Shown: in pieces, positions 18,509 to 27,957 of the stretch
Layout: the number at the start of each line of letters is the position of its first letter
Numbering within the stretch: the first letter of the stretch is position 1
Source: Actinomycetota bacterium
GTDB taxonomy: Bacteria > Actinomycetota > CADDZG01 > JAHWKV01 > JAOPZY01
Assembly (NCBI GenBank): GCA_025963875.1
Contig: JAOPZY010000102.1
Span: 1-48,202, forward strand
Length of the DNA: 48,202 nucleotides
Direction: 5' to 3'
The notes under the pieces: model-generated
The model's database searches: none
Told to the model about the DNA's origin: nothing
Seen by the model: only the letters and a program-made list of their open reading frames with translations
Position numbers and translations under genes: made by a program

Positions 18509-19216
18509 TTACAGCACCTTCGCGAGCCGTGGGATGGTTGCTCCCGCAAGCGTGATGCCATCCCGGTCTATCTCAGCGAACAGTGCTGGTTCGGTCCGAC
18601 TCGGGCTCGCCCATTGCCAGAAGGAGACATCCACGACCTGCAGCGGGTTGCCGGTCCAACGTCGAACCTTTGTGTGGAGGTCGTCAACCTGGGACTGCCA
18701 CGTCTCCGCTTCGGCGCCTGTCATGCGGGTCGTTCCCAGTGTTATCAACGCTTCGCTCAGCCTGCCGGCGAGGCCCTCCTGCCTGTTCGGGGGGGGCTTG
18801 TCGCCCGGGAAGGGCCGGTGAACGAGCAGGACATCGATATCACTGTCCGGTCCACCGTCGCCCCGAGCTGCTGACCCGAATGCGCAGGCGTAGACCGGCT
18901 TCGGCTCCCAATTGCCCAGGGTTTCCCGCAGGCGTCTCCAGAGTTCGAGCCTCAGACCGGCGAGATGCTCCGCCGCCGCAGCGGCGATGTGGTCGCGATT
19001 CAACTCATGAACCTGGTTGCGCCCCATCTGGGTTGCCGTCACGATGCCCTGCCGAACGAGACGAGTCACGCTCCGGCGGACGCCAATCTCCGAGCCTCGG
19101 GCAGCCTGAGCCGCTATCTGACCAACCGTGAGAGGACGACCGGATAGCGCAAGGACAGCGAGGACGGGGCCGTCCAGGGTTGGCGTGAGTGCACGCGTGG
19201 GGTCAGTCAGATCCAC
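18509..19216 (-). CDS. Winged-HTH fused minimal nucleotidyltransferase (MNT; putative antitoxin)
   Basis: N-terminal HTH (GSEIGVRRSVTRLVRQGIV); FGSAARGDGGPDSDIDVL = GS-x10-DxD. Confidence 0.88.
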   Translation of the reverse strand: MDLTDPTRALTPTLDGPVLAVLALSGRPLTVGQIAAQAARGSEIGVRRSVTRLVRQGIVTATQMGRNQVHELNRDHIAAAAAEHLAGLRLELWRRLRETLGNWEPKPVYACAFGSAARGDGGPDSDIDVLLVHRPFPGDKPPPNRQEGLAGRLSEALITLGTTRMTGAEAETWQSQVDDLHTKVRRWTGNPLQVVDVSFWQWASPSRTEPALFAEIDRDGITLAGATIPRLAKVL

Positions 19217-19268
19217 GATCTAATTATATAGGAACCTATCTAATAGTAAAAGCTATCGATAGTTTTAG
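19217..19268 (-). promoter_or_regulatory. AT-rich leaderless promoter (TATAAT 6 nt before GTG) with two inverted repeats (putative operators)
   Basis: TATAAT at 19228-19223; IR attatatagg-aa-cctatctaat 19223-19244; IR aaaagctatcgatagtttt 19248-19266. Confidence 0.7.
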
Positions 19269-19371
19269 AGCCCCTCTCGCGGGGGGCCTGATGTTGGATG
19301 GGAGGCGCGCCCTGGGCACGATGCTCCCCCTGAGAATGCACGCCGGAGCAAAGAGAACGGGCCCACGAGGA

Positions 19372-20661
19372 TCACTCCAGGTCGTCGTTCGGCCCACTCG
19401 TCGATCCTCGAACGGCGGCGTCCACAATGGCATCCACCGCCGCCTGCACCGCTGCCACGTCGAGAAGGTCCTTCAGGGCCGGCGAGACGTTCTCCGGCTC
19501 TGCCGGTCCGGAGTCTTCCGGGCCGACCTCCTGGGCGGCGGCGGCGTCCGAGGCGACGGTTTCCGACCGCGCGGTTTCCGGTGCGGTGCTCCCGAAGGAC
19601 GAGACCACCGTGAAAGGGTTCCCATGGGACTTGGCCTCCGGCGGCCTGCCATCCGCAGCCTCTTCGGCAGGGCTCTCGACGGGCAGCCGCAGGACGTTTC
19701 CGACCTCTTCCTGCTCGGGGGCGGGGGACGCCCCCTTGGCCTCGCCTGCCACGGGATCCGTCTCCTCCGTGTCCCACATCCGGCGGGCCCTCAGCTGATG
19801 TGAGAGCGGTGCCTCCTTCTCGCCGGACCGGGCCGGACGGGTCCTCTTCGCAGTCAGGGACGACGCCCAGCCGGATTGAGCGTCCCGTTCACGCCGTCTC
19901 CTCGGGCCCCGTGGAGGCTTTCCCTCCTCCTCCGGACCCCCGGTCGGCTGCGAGACCTCCGATCCCGGAACAACCTCCTCGGGGGCTGCCGCCGGGGCCG
20001 GTTCGCCTGTCGGCGTGTCGTCCACGATCCACCACTGGTGGGGGTCCGCTTCGGTGACAGGGGGGTTGTCGACGATCCACCAGTCACCCGTGTCCGCGGC
20101 ATTCGCGTCCCGACCGCTCGCCCAATCCTCAGCTCCCCGGCCTGCTGATCCGGGACCCCCGTCCTCGGAGGCCGACGGTCGTTGGGCTTCGACGGGGGGG
20201 CCGGGCGACGCGCCCCCACTGGGAGCGTCGAGGACCTGGCCTGCCGGGTGCTCGTCGGGGACGGGCGATGGCAGGTCCAGTGGCGTTGCCAGGTCCGGTG
20301 CCGGCCGCCACACGTCTGTCCAGCGCTCCCAGGGCTGCGCCTCCACAGGCTGGCTGCCCGGCGGCCACGAGGAGACTGCGTTGGCCTCGGAGGGCGGCGC
20401 TGGTTTCTGCCACCCGAAACCCGGCGTCACCCACTGGCCAGATCCCCCGCCCGACGCCAAGCCCGGCTCCTGCGGCGGATGGGGTTTCGCGGCTTCGATG
20501 ACCGCGCCCTCCCGTTCCACCTTCCTGACGTGGATGGTGGCAAACGAGGCGACCGGTACGGCGTCGCCGTTCTCGAACGTTACAAAACCGTCCTTGATGT
20601 GGTAGCTAGCTGCATCGACGGAATGGACTATCGAGCCCATATCCACAAGAAATCGAGGCAT
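19372..20661 (-). CDS. Hypothetical protein: small N-terminal beta domain plus long Pro/Glu-rich disordered region
   Basis: ATG 20661 with GGGGGA RBS; about 430 codons open; duplicated WWIVD motif. Confidence 0.6.
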   Translation of the reverse strand: MPRFLVDMGSIVHSVDAASYHIKDGFVTFENGDAVPVASFATIHVRKVEREGAVIEAAKPHPPQEPGLASGGGSGQWVTPGFGWQKPAPPSEANAVSSWPPGSQPVEAQPWERWTDVWRPAPDLATPLDLPSPVPDEHPAGQVLDAPSGGASPGPPVEAQRPSASEDGGPGSAGRGAEDWASGRDANAADTGDWWIVDNPPVTEADPHQWWIVDDTPTGEPAPAAAPEEVVPGSEVSQPTGGPEEEGKPPRGPRRRRERDAQSGWASSLTAKRTRPARSGEKEAPLSHQLRARRMWDTEETDPVAGEAKGASPAPEQEEVGNVLRLPVESPAEEAADGRPPEAKSHGNPFTVVSSFGSTAPETARSETVASDAAAAQEVGPEDSGPAEPENVSPALKDLLDVAAVQAAVDAIVDAAVRGSTSGPNDDLE

Positions 20662-21006
20662 GAGGATTCCCCCTAGGTGCTGACCCTGCCCTTGCGGACA
20701 GTCCACGAGGCGATGCCAGGTCGCAGGAGAGGTCCTTCCAGCAGACGTACGCGCTGTCGAGCCTCCAGCCGGCGTCGTGCTGAGAGGCGGCGGTGACGTT
20801 CGGATCCCCCCAATGCGGAAGGGTATCGCGCCTGGTACACGCTGCAATGAGCCGGGTCAGGTCGCTGAGCGGGCTGCGGGGCTTGGGGTGGGCGTGGATG
20901 GACGCCAGACCCTGCGAGCCCCCATCCCTCGGCCGCCGAGCCTGCGGTCGTTCACCAAGCGCCTTGGCGCTGCCTACCGGCATTCTGCGAACCCCGGCCC
21001 GTGTGC

Positions 21007-21035
21007 TTGCACAATGTGTCTGCGGTGCTTAGCAT
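21007..21035 (+). promoter_or_regulatory. Sigma-A promoter TTGCAC-N17-TAGCAT, leaderless
   Basis: -10 element ends 7 nt before ATG 21043. Confidence 0.6.
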
Positions 21036-21042
21036 ACGCCTC

Positions 21043-21363
21043 ATGTCAGAGGTCCTGTATGCACGAGTACCATCCGAAACGAAGGGAGCCATCGACGCCT
21101 TTGCCGGCGCGAATGGCAGGTCGGTCGCGGCAGCCGTGGCCGAGTTGCTCTCGCGGGGGCTCCAGGCGACGAGCCAGACCAGCCAGATCGCAGAGCTTCA
21201 GGAGCGCCTACAACGAACGGAGTTAGCGCTTGCTCGAAAGGATGTGGAGCTGCACGAAGCGAAGCTGGCACTGGAGAGCTTCGTCCAGCGCGAGGGAGAT
21301 CGCGTCCCGCGGCGTCCCGGTGAGCTGCCAACCTCGGTGCGGACGGCACAGGAAGGGTCGTAG
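21043..21363 (+). CDS. Ribbon-helix-helix DNA-binding protein with coiled coil
   Basis: VLYARVPSETKGAIDAFA..NGRSVAAAVAELL (RHH pattern) followed by a heptad-rich helix. Confidence 0.7.
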   Translation: MSEVLYARVPSETKGAIDAFAGANGRSVAAAVAELLSRGLQATSQTSQIAELQERLQRTELALARKDVELHEAKLALESFVQREGDRVPRRPGELPTSVRTAQEGS

Positions 21364-21541
21364 GGGGACCCCTTCCGGGGAGGCTGCCGGCTTCCTCGGT
21401 TCGAGTCGGTGGTGGGCATGCCGGCCCCTGCGAGAGACCCCGTTCTGGGCTCGCTTGCCGGCTGCCCACACTTCCTTCCGTGGTAGGACGGTGACCTCTG
21501 CTGTCCACGTGGGCGCCGGGCACTAGGGCCATCTCGGTCCC

Positions 21542-24500
21542 ATGCGCTGGAGCCTGATCCGGAAGCGGTCGCATGGTGAAGACCCACCGCAGGCGGCGCC
21601 GCGCCCTGAGAGCCCGGAGAGCCCTGAGAGCCTCGAGAGCACGAAGAGCCCGAAGATCGCGGACCAGCGGGAAGAGTTCCACCCGCTCCTGAGGCTGTCA
21701 CCCCCCCCGCCTGTTCGGGGCCTGCATCCCTTCCGGTCCGGGCTGGGCATCCAGGAGTCCGCGATCGCCCGCGAATACCGCGTGGGCAACGCGCCTCCCC
21801 CCTACATCCCGCGAGATGTCGATCCGTGGCTCGACGAGGCCCTTGCCACGAGTCGGTTCGTGCTTGTCACGGGCTCCTCCAAGGCCGGGAAGTCGCGGAC
21901 GGCATTCGCCGCGGCCACCCGTATGGAGCCGGAGCCCCTTCTCATCGTCCCGGCCTCACCACGAGCCGTGCCCGAGCTGCTCGCTGACGGCCCGGGGGCC
22001 GAAGATGGTCGTCCTTCCCTGCTCTGGCTCGACGGGTTGGCCCGGTACCTGGTCGTTGCGGGAGTCGGCCAAGCCCTGTTCGACAACCTGCGGGCGAAGG
22101 GTCCACAGGGTAATGGGGTCGTGGTCCTGGCGACCCTCACCCTCACCGAGTACGAGCTGCTGCTCGGCGCGACCGGGGAGATCGGCCGGTCGTTGCGCGA
22201 GATCCTCGGCTCCGCCCTCCAGGTCACGGTTCCGTCCGGGATCAGCCCCGCGGAGCGGGAGTTCGCCGCCCGCCTCTACCCGGAGCAGGACTTCACCGCC
22301 GGGATTGGCCAGCACTTCGCCTCAAGCCCCGAGCTGATCGACCGGTTCAAGGCTTCCCTCAAGGCGGACCCCGAGCTGTCCTCGATTGTCGCGGCGGCAC
22401 TCGACTGGGGCCGGACCGGCTTGCCGCGATCCGTCACCGAGGGCGAGTTGCAGGAGCTTTCCACGATGTACCTGCAACGCTACGGAGCGCTCGACGTCGA
22501 GGCGCAGCAGGACTTTGCCAGCGCCCTGGGGCGTGGACGGGAGAGGGCCGAGAGCAACGCCGCCCTCCTCATGGCGGGAGAGGGAGGCGATAGAGAAGCT
22601 TGGGAGATCAACGATGCGGTCCGCGACTGGGTGGACGGCCGCGGACCTGATGTGGACGAACGGCTGCGGACCATCCCGGAGACGACCTGGACCTTCGTGA
22701 TCGCGAGAGCCACGGAGGATGACGCCTTCTCCGTGGGAGTCGCCGCCCGTCTCCGAGGCTTCCCCGAGGCGGCAGTCGATGCCTGGACGAAGGCGGCGAC
22801 CGAGGCGTCGCCTGCGACCTCGTGCCAGGCACGCTTGCATCTCGGCCTCGTTCTGCTGGACATGGGGCGCCACGTCCAGGCGTTGGAGGCATTCGACGGA
22901 GCCGTGCACAGTTGCGCGGAGGCAGCTCCGGGCGACGTTGTTGCCCGGGCGCTTGTCGGCCGTGCTCTGGCCATGCGGGGTCTGGGACGGATCAACGAGG
23001 AGGTTGCCGCCTGGGAAGAGTTCCTCACCCGGTACGGCGAGGCCCCGGAAGGCTCCGATCGGGAGCAGGTCGTCACGGCCCTCGTGAGGAAAGGGGAGGC
23101 CCTCCTCCGGCTGGGGTCGGGCCCAAGTGCCCACGAGGCGTTCGACACGGCACTGTCCCGCCTTGGTCATGTCCCCGAGCAGGGTGACGAGGAACTCGTC
23201 GCCCAGGCGCTCTTCGGAAAGGCAGCCGCTGCGCGGGCCATGGGCTCGCCCGAGGAGGCCCTCGCGGCCTACGAGGGAGTCGTTGCGCGCCTCGAGGGAC
23301 AGGAGGGGACCGCCCTTCGGGAGGCTGCGGCGGCGGCGTTGTTCAACAAGGGTGAGGTGCTGGCGGGCTTGGGCCGCCCCCAGGACGCTTTGCAGTCCTT
23401 CGAAGGCGTTCTGGCCCGTCTCGGCCCCGATCGCGGGTTGGCTGTCCCCGAGTTGCGGGCAAAGTCGTTGTCCGGCAGGGGTCTGATGCTCGCGGCGCTG
23501 GGCCGCTCCACCGAGGCCCTGGCCGCCTACGACCAGGTGATCGCGGAGTTCACCGGATCCTCCGACCCGCCGGTCCGCGAGCAGGTTGCAAAATCACTCT
23601 TCAACAAGGGAGCGGTCATGGCCTCCATGGGCCGGCCCCAGGAGGCCCTGGAGGCCTTCGACGAGGTGGGGCGGCGCTTCGGCGATGCCGAGGACCGGGC
23701 CCTCGGGGCAGCGGTGGCCAAGTCGCTGTTCAATAAGGCGGTCGCTCTCGGAGCGCTCGGCCGGCCCGCCGATGCGATCGGGGCCTACGACGAGCTCGTC
23801 GCTCGCTTCGGCGGCTCCTCCGAGGCGGCGCTTCAGGAACTGGTCGCCAAGTCGGTCCTGAGCAGGGGCCTTGCGATGGCGGCCCTCGGCCGGTCCGCCG
23901 ATGCCATCGGGGCCTACGACGAGGTCGTGGCGCGCGCCGGTCGGTCCTCCGAGGCGGCCCTGCAGGAACTCGTCGCCAAGTCGCTGGTGAGCAAGGGTCT
24001 GGCGCTGGCCGCTCTCGGCCGGTCCGCCGATGCGATCCGGGCCTACGAGGAGGTCATTGCGCGCTCTGCCACGTCGACGGGACGGGTGGTCGAGTGGGCA
24101 GCCAAAGCCCTGGCGAACAAGGCGGCGGTGCTAACCTCGCAGGGCCGGGTCCTGACGGCGCTCCGGACCTACGAAGAGGTCCTGTCCCGCTTCCGTGACG
24201 CGCCGGATCCAGGCCTGCGGGAGCAGGTGGCGAACGCCCTCGTCGCCAAGGGGCTGCTGCTGAGCTCTGCGGGGCGTCCAGACGAGGCGCTTGCGGCCTA
24301 CGACGACGTGCTTGCCCGCTTCGGGCAGGCGCCGGAAGCGCCCTTGCAGGAGCACGTCGCCCGGGCGCTGGTTGCCAAGGGCGAAATCCTGGCGGAGGTG
24401 GGTCGCGGCACGGAGGCCCTGAAGACCTACGAGGACGTCCAGTCACGCTTTGACGAGGCGGAGGAAGTGCGGGTGCGGGAGCAGGTGGGCCGGGCGCTCT

Positions 24501-25438
24501 TCAGCCAGGGGGCGATCTTGGGATCGATGGGCCGTCCAGACGAGGCCCTCGAGGCGTACGACGCGTTCCTGGAGCGCTTCGACGAGGGCCGGGAGGCGGC
24601 CTCGATGGAGGCCGTGGCCGGAGCTCTCCACGGCCGTGCCGTGGCGCTCGGTGCCCTGGGCCGGGTCGAGGAGGAGGTGCGTGCCTACGACGAGTTCCTC
24701 AACCGGTTCGGCCAGGCTTCTGATAGCACATCGAAGGGACAGGTCGCCGAGGCTCTGAAGGGGAAGGCCGCGGCCCTGCGCGGGTCGGGTCGCCTCGAAG
24801 ACGCGCTGGCCACCTTCGATGAGATCGTTGCCCGTTTTGGCAGCGCCCGGGACGCAGTCCTGCGCCAGCGGGTAGCCGACGCCCTTCTCGACAAGGGTGC
24901 GGTCCTGACGGAGCGAGGCCTCCCCAACGCCGCCCTGGATGCCTACGCGGAGATCGTCGTGCGCTTCGGCGACGCACGGGAGGCGGCCCTGCTCGAGCGG
25001 GTAGCGGATGGCCTCTTCGCCAAGGCCTCCATCCTCTCGACAATGGGTCTCGCCAGCGCGGCCGTGGCGGCGTGCGACGAGATAGTTTCCCGCTTTGGGG
25101 ACGCCGGCGAGGCGACCCTACGGGAGTGGGTGGCCAGCGCCCTCATCAAGAAGGGCGTGGCGCTGGTCGCCATGGGCCGGGTCAACCAGGCCCTCGAGGC
25201 CTACGACGACGTGCTGGTCCGCTTCGGCGACGCTCGGGCACCGGCCCTGCAGGAGTGGGTGGCGACCGCTCTCGTCAAGCAGGGCATGATCCTCGTGGCG
25301 CTGGGCCTCGTTCCGGCGGCCCTCGATGTCTACGACGAGATCCTGCGGCGCTTCGGTGAAACCGCCCAGGGGGCGGCGGGGGAGGCGGTCGCCGACGCCC
25401 ACTTCTTCAAGCAGCAGATGCGATCCGGTCTGCTCTGA
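21542..25438 (+). CDS. P-loop NTPase (STAND-like) with about 20 tandem 43-aa TPR-like repeats
   Basis: YIPRDVD, Walker A GSSKAGKS, Walker B LLWLDG; repeat consensus VA.AL..KG..L..LGR..EAL.AYDEV..RFG.A.E..L.E. Confidence 0.88.
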   Translation: MRWSLIRKRSHGEDPPQAAPRPESPESPESLESTKSPKIADQREEFHPLLRLSPPPPVRGLHPFRSGLGIQESAIAREYRVGNAPPPYIPRDVDPWLDEALATSRFVLVTGSSKAGKSRTAFAAATRMEPEPLLIVPASPRAVPELLADGPGAEDGRPSLLWLDGLARYLVVAGVGQALFDNLRAKGPQGNGVVVLATLTLTEYELLLGATGEIGRSLREILGSALQVTVPSGISPAEREFAARLYPEQDFTAGIGQHFASSPELIDRFKASLKADPELSSIVAAALDWGRTGLPRSVTEGELQELSTMYLQRYGALDVEAQQDFASALGRGRERAESNAALLMAGEGGDREAWEINDAVRDWVDGRGPDVDERLRTIPETTWTFVIARATEDDAFSVGVAARLRGFPEAAVDAWTKAATEASPATSCQARLHLGLVLLDMGRHVQALEAFDGAVHSCAEAAPGDVVARALVGRALAMRGLGRINEEVAAWEEFLTRYGEAPEGSDREQVVTALVRKGEALLRLGSGPSAHEAFDTALSRLGHVPEQGDEELVAQALFGKAAAARAMGSPEEALAAYEGVVARLEGQEGTALREAAAAALFNKGEVLAGLGRPQDALQSFEGVLARLGPDRGLAVPELRAKSLSGRGLMLAALGRSTEALAAYDQVIAEFTGSSDPPVREQVAKSLFNKGAVMASMGRPQEALEAFDEVGRRFGDAEDRALGAAVAKSLFNKAVALGALGRPADAIGAYDELVARFGGSSEAALQELVAKSVLSRGLAMAALGRSADAIGAYDEVVARAGRSSEAALQELVAKSLVSKGLALAALGRSADAIRAYEEVIARSATSTGRVVEWAAKALANKAAVLTSQGRVLTALRTYEEVLSRFRDAPDPGLREQVANALVAKGLLLSSAGRPDEALAAYDDVLARFGQAPEAPLQEHVARALVAKGEILAEVGRGTEALKTYEDVQSRFDEAEEVRVREQVGRALFSQGAILGSMGRPDEALEAYDAFLERFDEGREAASMEAVAGALHGRAVALGALGRVEEEVRAYDEFLNRFGQASDSTSKGQVAEALKGKAAALRGSGRLEDALATFDEIVARFGSARDAVLRQRVADALLDKGAVLTERGLPNAALDAYAEIVVRFGDAREAALLERVADGLFAKASILSTMGLASAAVAACDEIVSRFGDAGEATLREWVASALIKKGVALVAMGRVNQALEAYDDVLVRFGDARAPALQEWVATALVKQGMILVALGLVPAALDVYDEILRRFGETAQGAAGEAVADAHFFKQQMRSGLL

Positions 25439-25531
25439 CGCGGGGCGCCGGTTAGCCGGCTAACGATTCACTCCCAAAAGAATCTTCGGGTTCTTGTCAA
25501 CCTTTTGTGCCTCTCGAGCCCTTTAGTAGGC

Positions 25532-26047
25532 ATGATGCCAGAGATGACAGAAGATCCAGAGGCTGAGTACGACCAATGGTTCCGGGCCTGTTTTCCCCGC
25601 GCCGTGACCATTGCCCGCAGGGTGGTGGGACCCGAGAACGCGGAGGACGCGGCGCTCGAGGCCTTCGCCATCGCCTTTGCCCGGTGGAAGCGGGTGAGGG
25701 AATTACCGTACCGGGATGGATGGGTGCTCAAGGTCGCATTCCATGAGGCCCTGAAGCACGCCGATCGGGGCGAGCCCCGGCCTCAGCCGGCAGATCCCTA
25801 CGCATCGAGTGAGGACGAGGTCGTGCTTCGCCGAACGCTCGTTCAAGCCCTCCTCCGGCTGCCCCGACGGCAACGGGAGGCAGTTGCCCTGCGCTACCTC
25901 GTGGACCTGCCGGAACGTGAAGTCGCTGCCGTGCTGGGTCTTTCAACCGGCACCGTCAAGACCCATCTTCATCGAGGACTGACCCGTCTCCGGGCAGTCC
26001 TCGGCCCCGAATCCCTAGGAGGTGACACCGATGGCTCATTTCTCTGA
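25532..26047 (+). CDS. ECF sigma factor (SigE-like family)
   Basis: AEDAALEAF, LPRRQREAVALRYLVDL...GTVKTHLHRGL. Confidence 0.92.
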   Translation: MMPEMTEDPEAEYDQWFRACFPRAVTIARRVVGPENAEDAALEAFAIAFARWKRVRELPYRDGWVLKVAFHEALKHADRGEPRPQPADPYASSEDEVVLRRTLVQALLRLPRRQREAVALRYLVDLPEREVAAVLGLSTGTVKTHLHRGLTRLRAVLGPESLGGDTDGSFL

Positions 26048-26747
26048 TCACGACGGTCGGGTCGAGGCGCTCTTGGCCGAGGCGAAGGACCGCGGCCGTC
26101 GCCTCCGCTCCCACCGGCGGAACGCTCGCCTCGGCGGGGCAGGGGTGGTGCTGCTGCTGGCCGTCCTGGCCGCCGTGTTCGTCACGCGGTCACCGACGAG
26201 TACGAAGGTCAACGTTGGGGGGCCGACAACCCTGTTTCCGGCAGGTTCGTCCGTCCCAGGACCCACCCTTCCGCCCACGCCGGGTCCCTCCAGCACCGGG
26301 ACGCCGGCGAGCCCCTCTTCCACGACCACACCGGCCTGCCAGGCGAGCAGTCTCCAGGCACAGGGGAGCTGGCAGGGAGCGGGTGGATCGATGGCAGGTG
26401 GAGTCTCGTTCGTGAATGTCGGCAAGGACTCCTGCTTCGTCGAAGGGCAGCCCACCATCGAGCTGTTCGACCAGCACGGCCAGCGTCTGAACGTCGTTGC
26501 GGCACAACCAAGTGTCGCTCCCCTCCCGGCAACCCGCGTCCTCCTTGCTCCTCGTTCGGCCCCCGCCTCCGTCCTCGTGCAGTGGTTCAACTGGTGTGGG
26601 ACCGATCCCGGTCCCGTTGGGGCCAAGGCGATCCTGCCGTCTGCAACGGCGTCCATCACGGTGACGCCGCCCATCGGGTTGATCCCGCATTGCAACAATG
26701 CGGCCTCGCCTTCCACGATCGACGTCGGGAGTTTCACGCAAGGCTAG
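26031..26747 (+). CDS. Putative membrane anti-sigma factor with extracytoplasmic DUF4232-like domain
   Basis: Overlaps the sigma gene; AGGAGG RBS; one TM helix; Pro/Thr linker; PAC..SSL..GAGGS..F.N....C.VEG.P domain with 4 Cys. Confidence 0.75.
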   Translation: MAHFSDHDGRVEALLAEAKDRGRRLRSHRRNARLGGAGVVLLLAVLAAVFVTRSPTSTKVNVGGPTTLFPAGSSVPGPTLPPTPGPSSTGTPASPSSTTTPACQASSLQAQGSWQGAGGSMAGGVSFVNVGKDSCFVEGQPTIELFDQHGQRLNVVAAQPSVAPLPATRVLLAPRSAPASVLVQWFNWCGTDPGPVGAKAILPSATASITVTPPIGLIPHCNNAASPSTIDVGSFTQG

Positions 26748-26950
26748 AGAACGACACTACGCAGAACGCGTACGCCAGAACCTTCAACCATGAGACGGGG
26801 CGAACCGACACTGTAGCCAAGCGACCCACCCAGATCGTTCAGGTTGGCGCCGCCTGGCGTTCATGCGGCTCAGCTAGGGTCGCCAGCCAGATGCTCGAAG
26901 GTCGAAGGTTCCCGCTCTTAGCAGTCCCCACTCAGCGGCTTGGAGGTCTC

Positions 26951-27928
26951 ATGCGGCGCGCGTTCCCTACACCCCGCTTCATCGGGCTCGTGGCCAGCCT
27001 GGCAATCGCAGGGTCAGCCCTCGTCGCCCTGGCCCCGTCCGCAAGCGCCTATGTCGGTCCCGTAAGCCATTCCTGGTATGTCACCGCTGCAGACCTCGCC
27101 AGTTCGGGCGGCGGCATCTACAACGAGGGCTACAACGCTCCTTCGGGGCCGCAGGTCGTCTTCCTGCAGGCCGGGCAGGTGTGCATCACCAGCAGTGGGG
27201 GCAGTGGCTTCCTCACGTACGGCGGGGGATGCCAGGCGACCTACAACGTCGCCCACGCCGTGCAGTGGTGGCTCTACGGTTTCCAGCAGAACCCCGCTCA
27301 CCGTGGCAGTGGCTACGTTGTCCTCTGCGTCACCACCTCGAACGGAACCTCGTCCAATACGACCGACAACTACCGGGTCGCGGCGGAGGGCCTGTACGAG
27401 GATCTCGTCAACCAAACCGTGGTCTACGCCAACTACTTGAACTCAGGCAGCTACAACGCCCACTACGTCGTTGCCGGAGGCATTGACGCCGAAACAAGCT
27501 GGGACAAGCCCAACGAAGTCTCTGGATGGCTCGTCGGCTGGCTGAACAAGCGCGCCACCCTCAGCACGCAGCTCAATTATGGAGCGGACGGCGCGTACTA
27601 CGGCACCTGCGCAACATCGAGCTGCTGGAACTCACCCATCGATCACGGCTGGGCTCCCTCCCAGATGTACGCGGTCTACTACGGCTGGCCGGGTGCCAAC
27701 TCGTATCCCCAGATTTACGACAACACCTGGCCCGCCATCTACAACGACCTGAACCAGGCGGCCGCCTCGGCTGGAAAAGCGCAGATCTCGTACACGGGCG
27801 TCATGTGGGGATGCGGAACCGGCGGCAACGAGCCGAACGCCAACCAGGCCTATACCGACTTCGTCGCTGGTGCGCACCAGTCTCCCAGCTACCTGACCTT
27901 GATCCACAGTTTGTCGAAGACCTGTTGA
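26951..27928 (+). CDS. Secreted protein of unknown function (possible glycoside-hydrolase-like barrel)
   Basis: GGAGG RBS; Sec signal ending ASA; Tyr/Trp/Asn-rich; GIDAETSW and YPQIY motifs. Confidence 0.75.
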   Translation: MRRAFPTPRFIGLVASLAIAGSALVALAPSASAYVGPVSHSWYVTAADLASSGGGIYNEGYNAPSGPQVVFLQAGQVCITSSGGSGFLTYGGGCQATYNVAHAVQWWLYGFQQNPAHRGSGYVVLCVTTSNGTSSNTTDNYRVAAEGLYEDLVNQTVVYANYLNSGSYNAHYVVAGGIDAETSWDKPNEVSGWLVGWLNKRATLSTQLNYGADGAYYGTCATSSCWNSPIDHGWAPSQMYAVYYGWPGANSYPQIYDNTWPAIYNDLNQAAASAGKAQISYTGVMWGCGTGGNEPNANQAYTDFVAGAHQSPSYLTLIHSLSKTC

Positions 27929-27957
27929 TCAGGTCCGCCAGCCCGCTCGAGAAAGCG

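Noticed and set aside
21390..21420. tRNA T-loop-like GGTTCGAGTC
   Set aside because: Flanks do not form a T-stem, acceptor stem or CCA end
26815..26900. Riboswitch in the leader of the secreted protein (gcgaccc/gggtcgc stem)
   Set aside because: No c-di-AMP or c-di-GMP consensus elements; a 7-bp stem is expected by chance at this GC content
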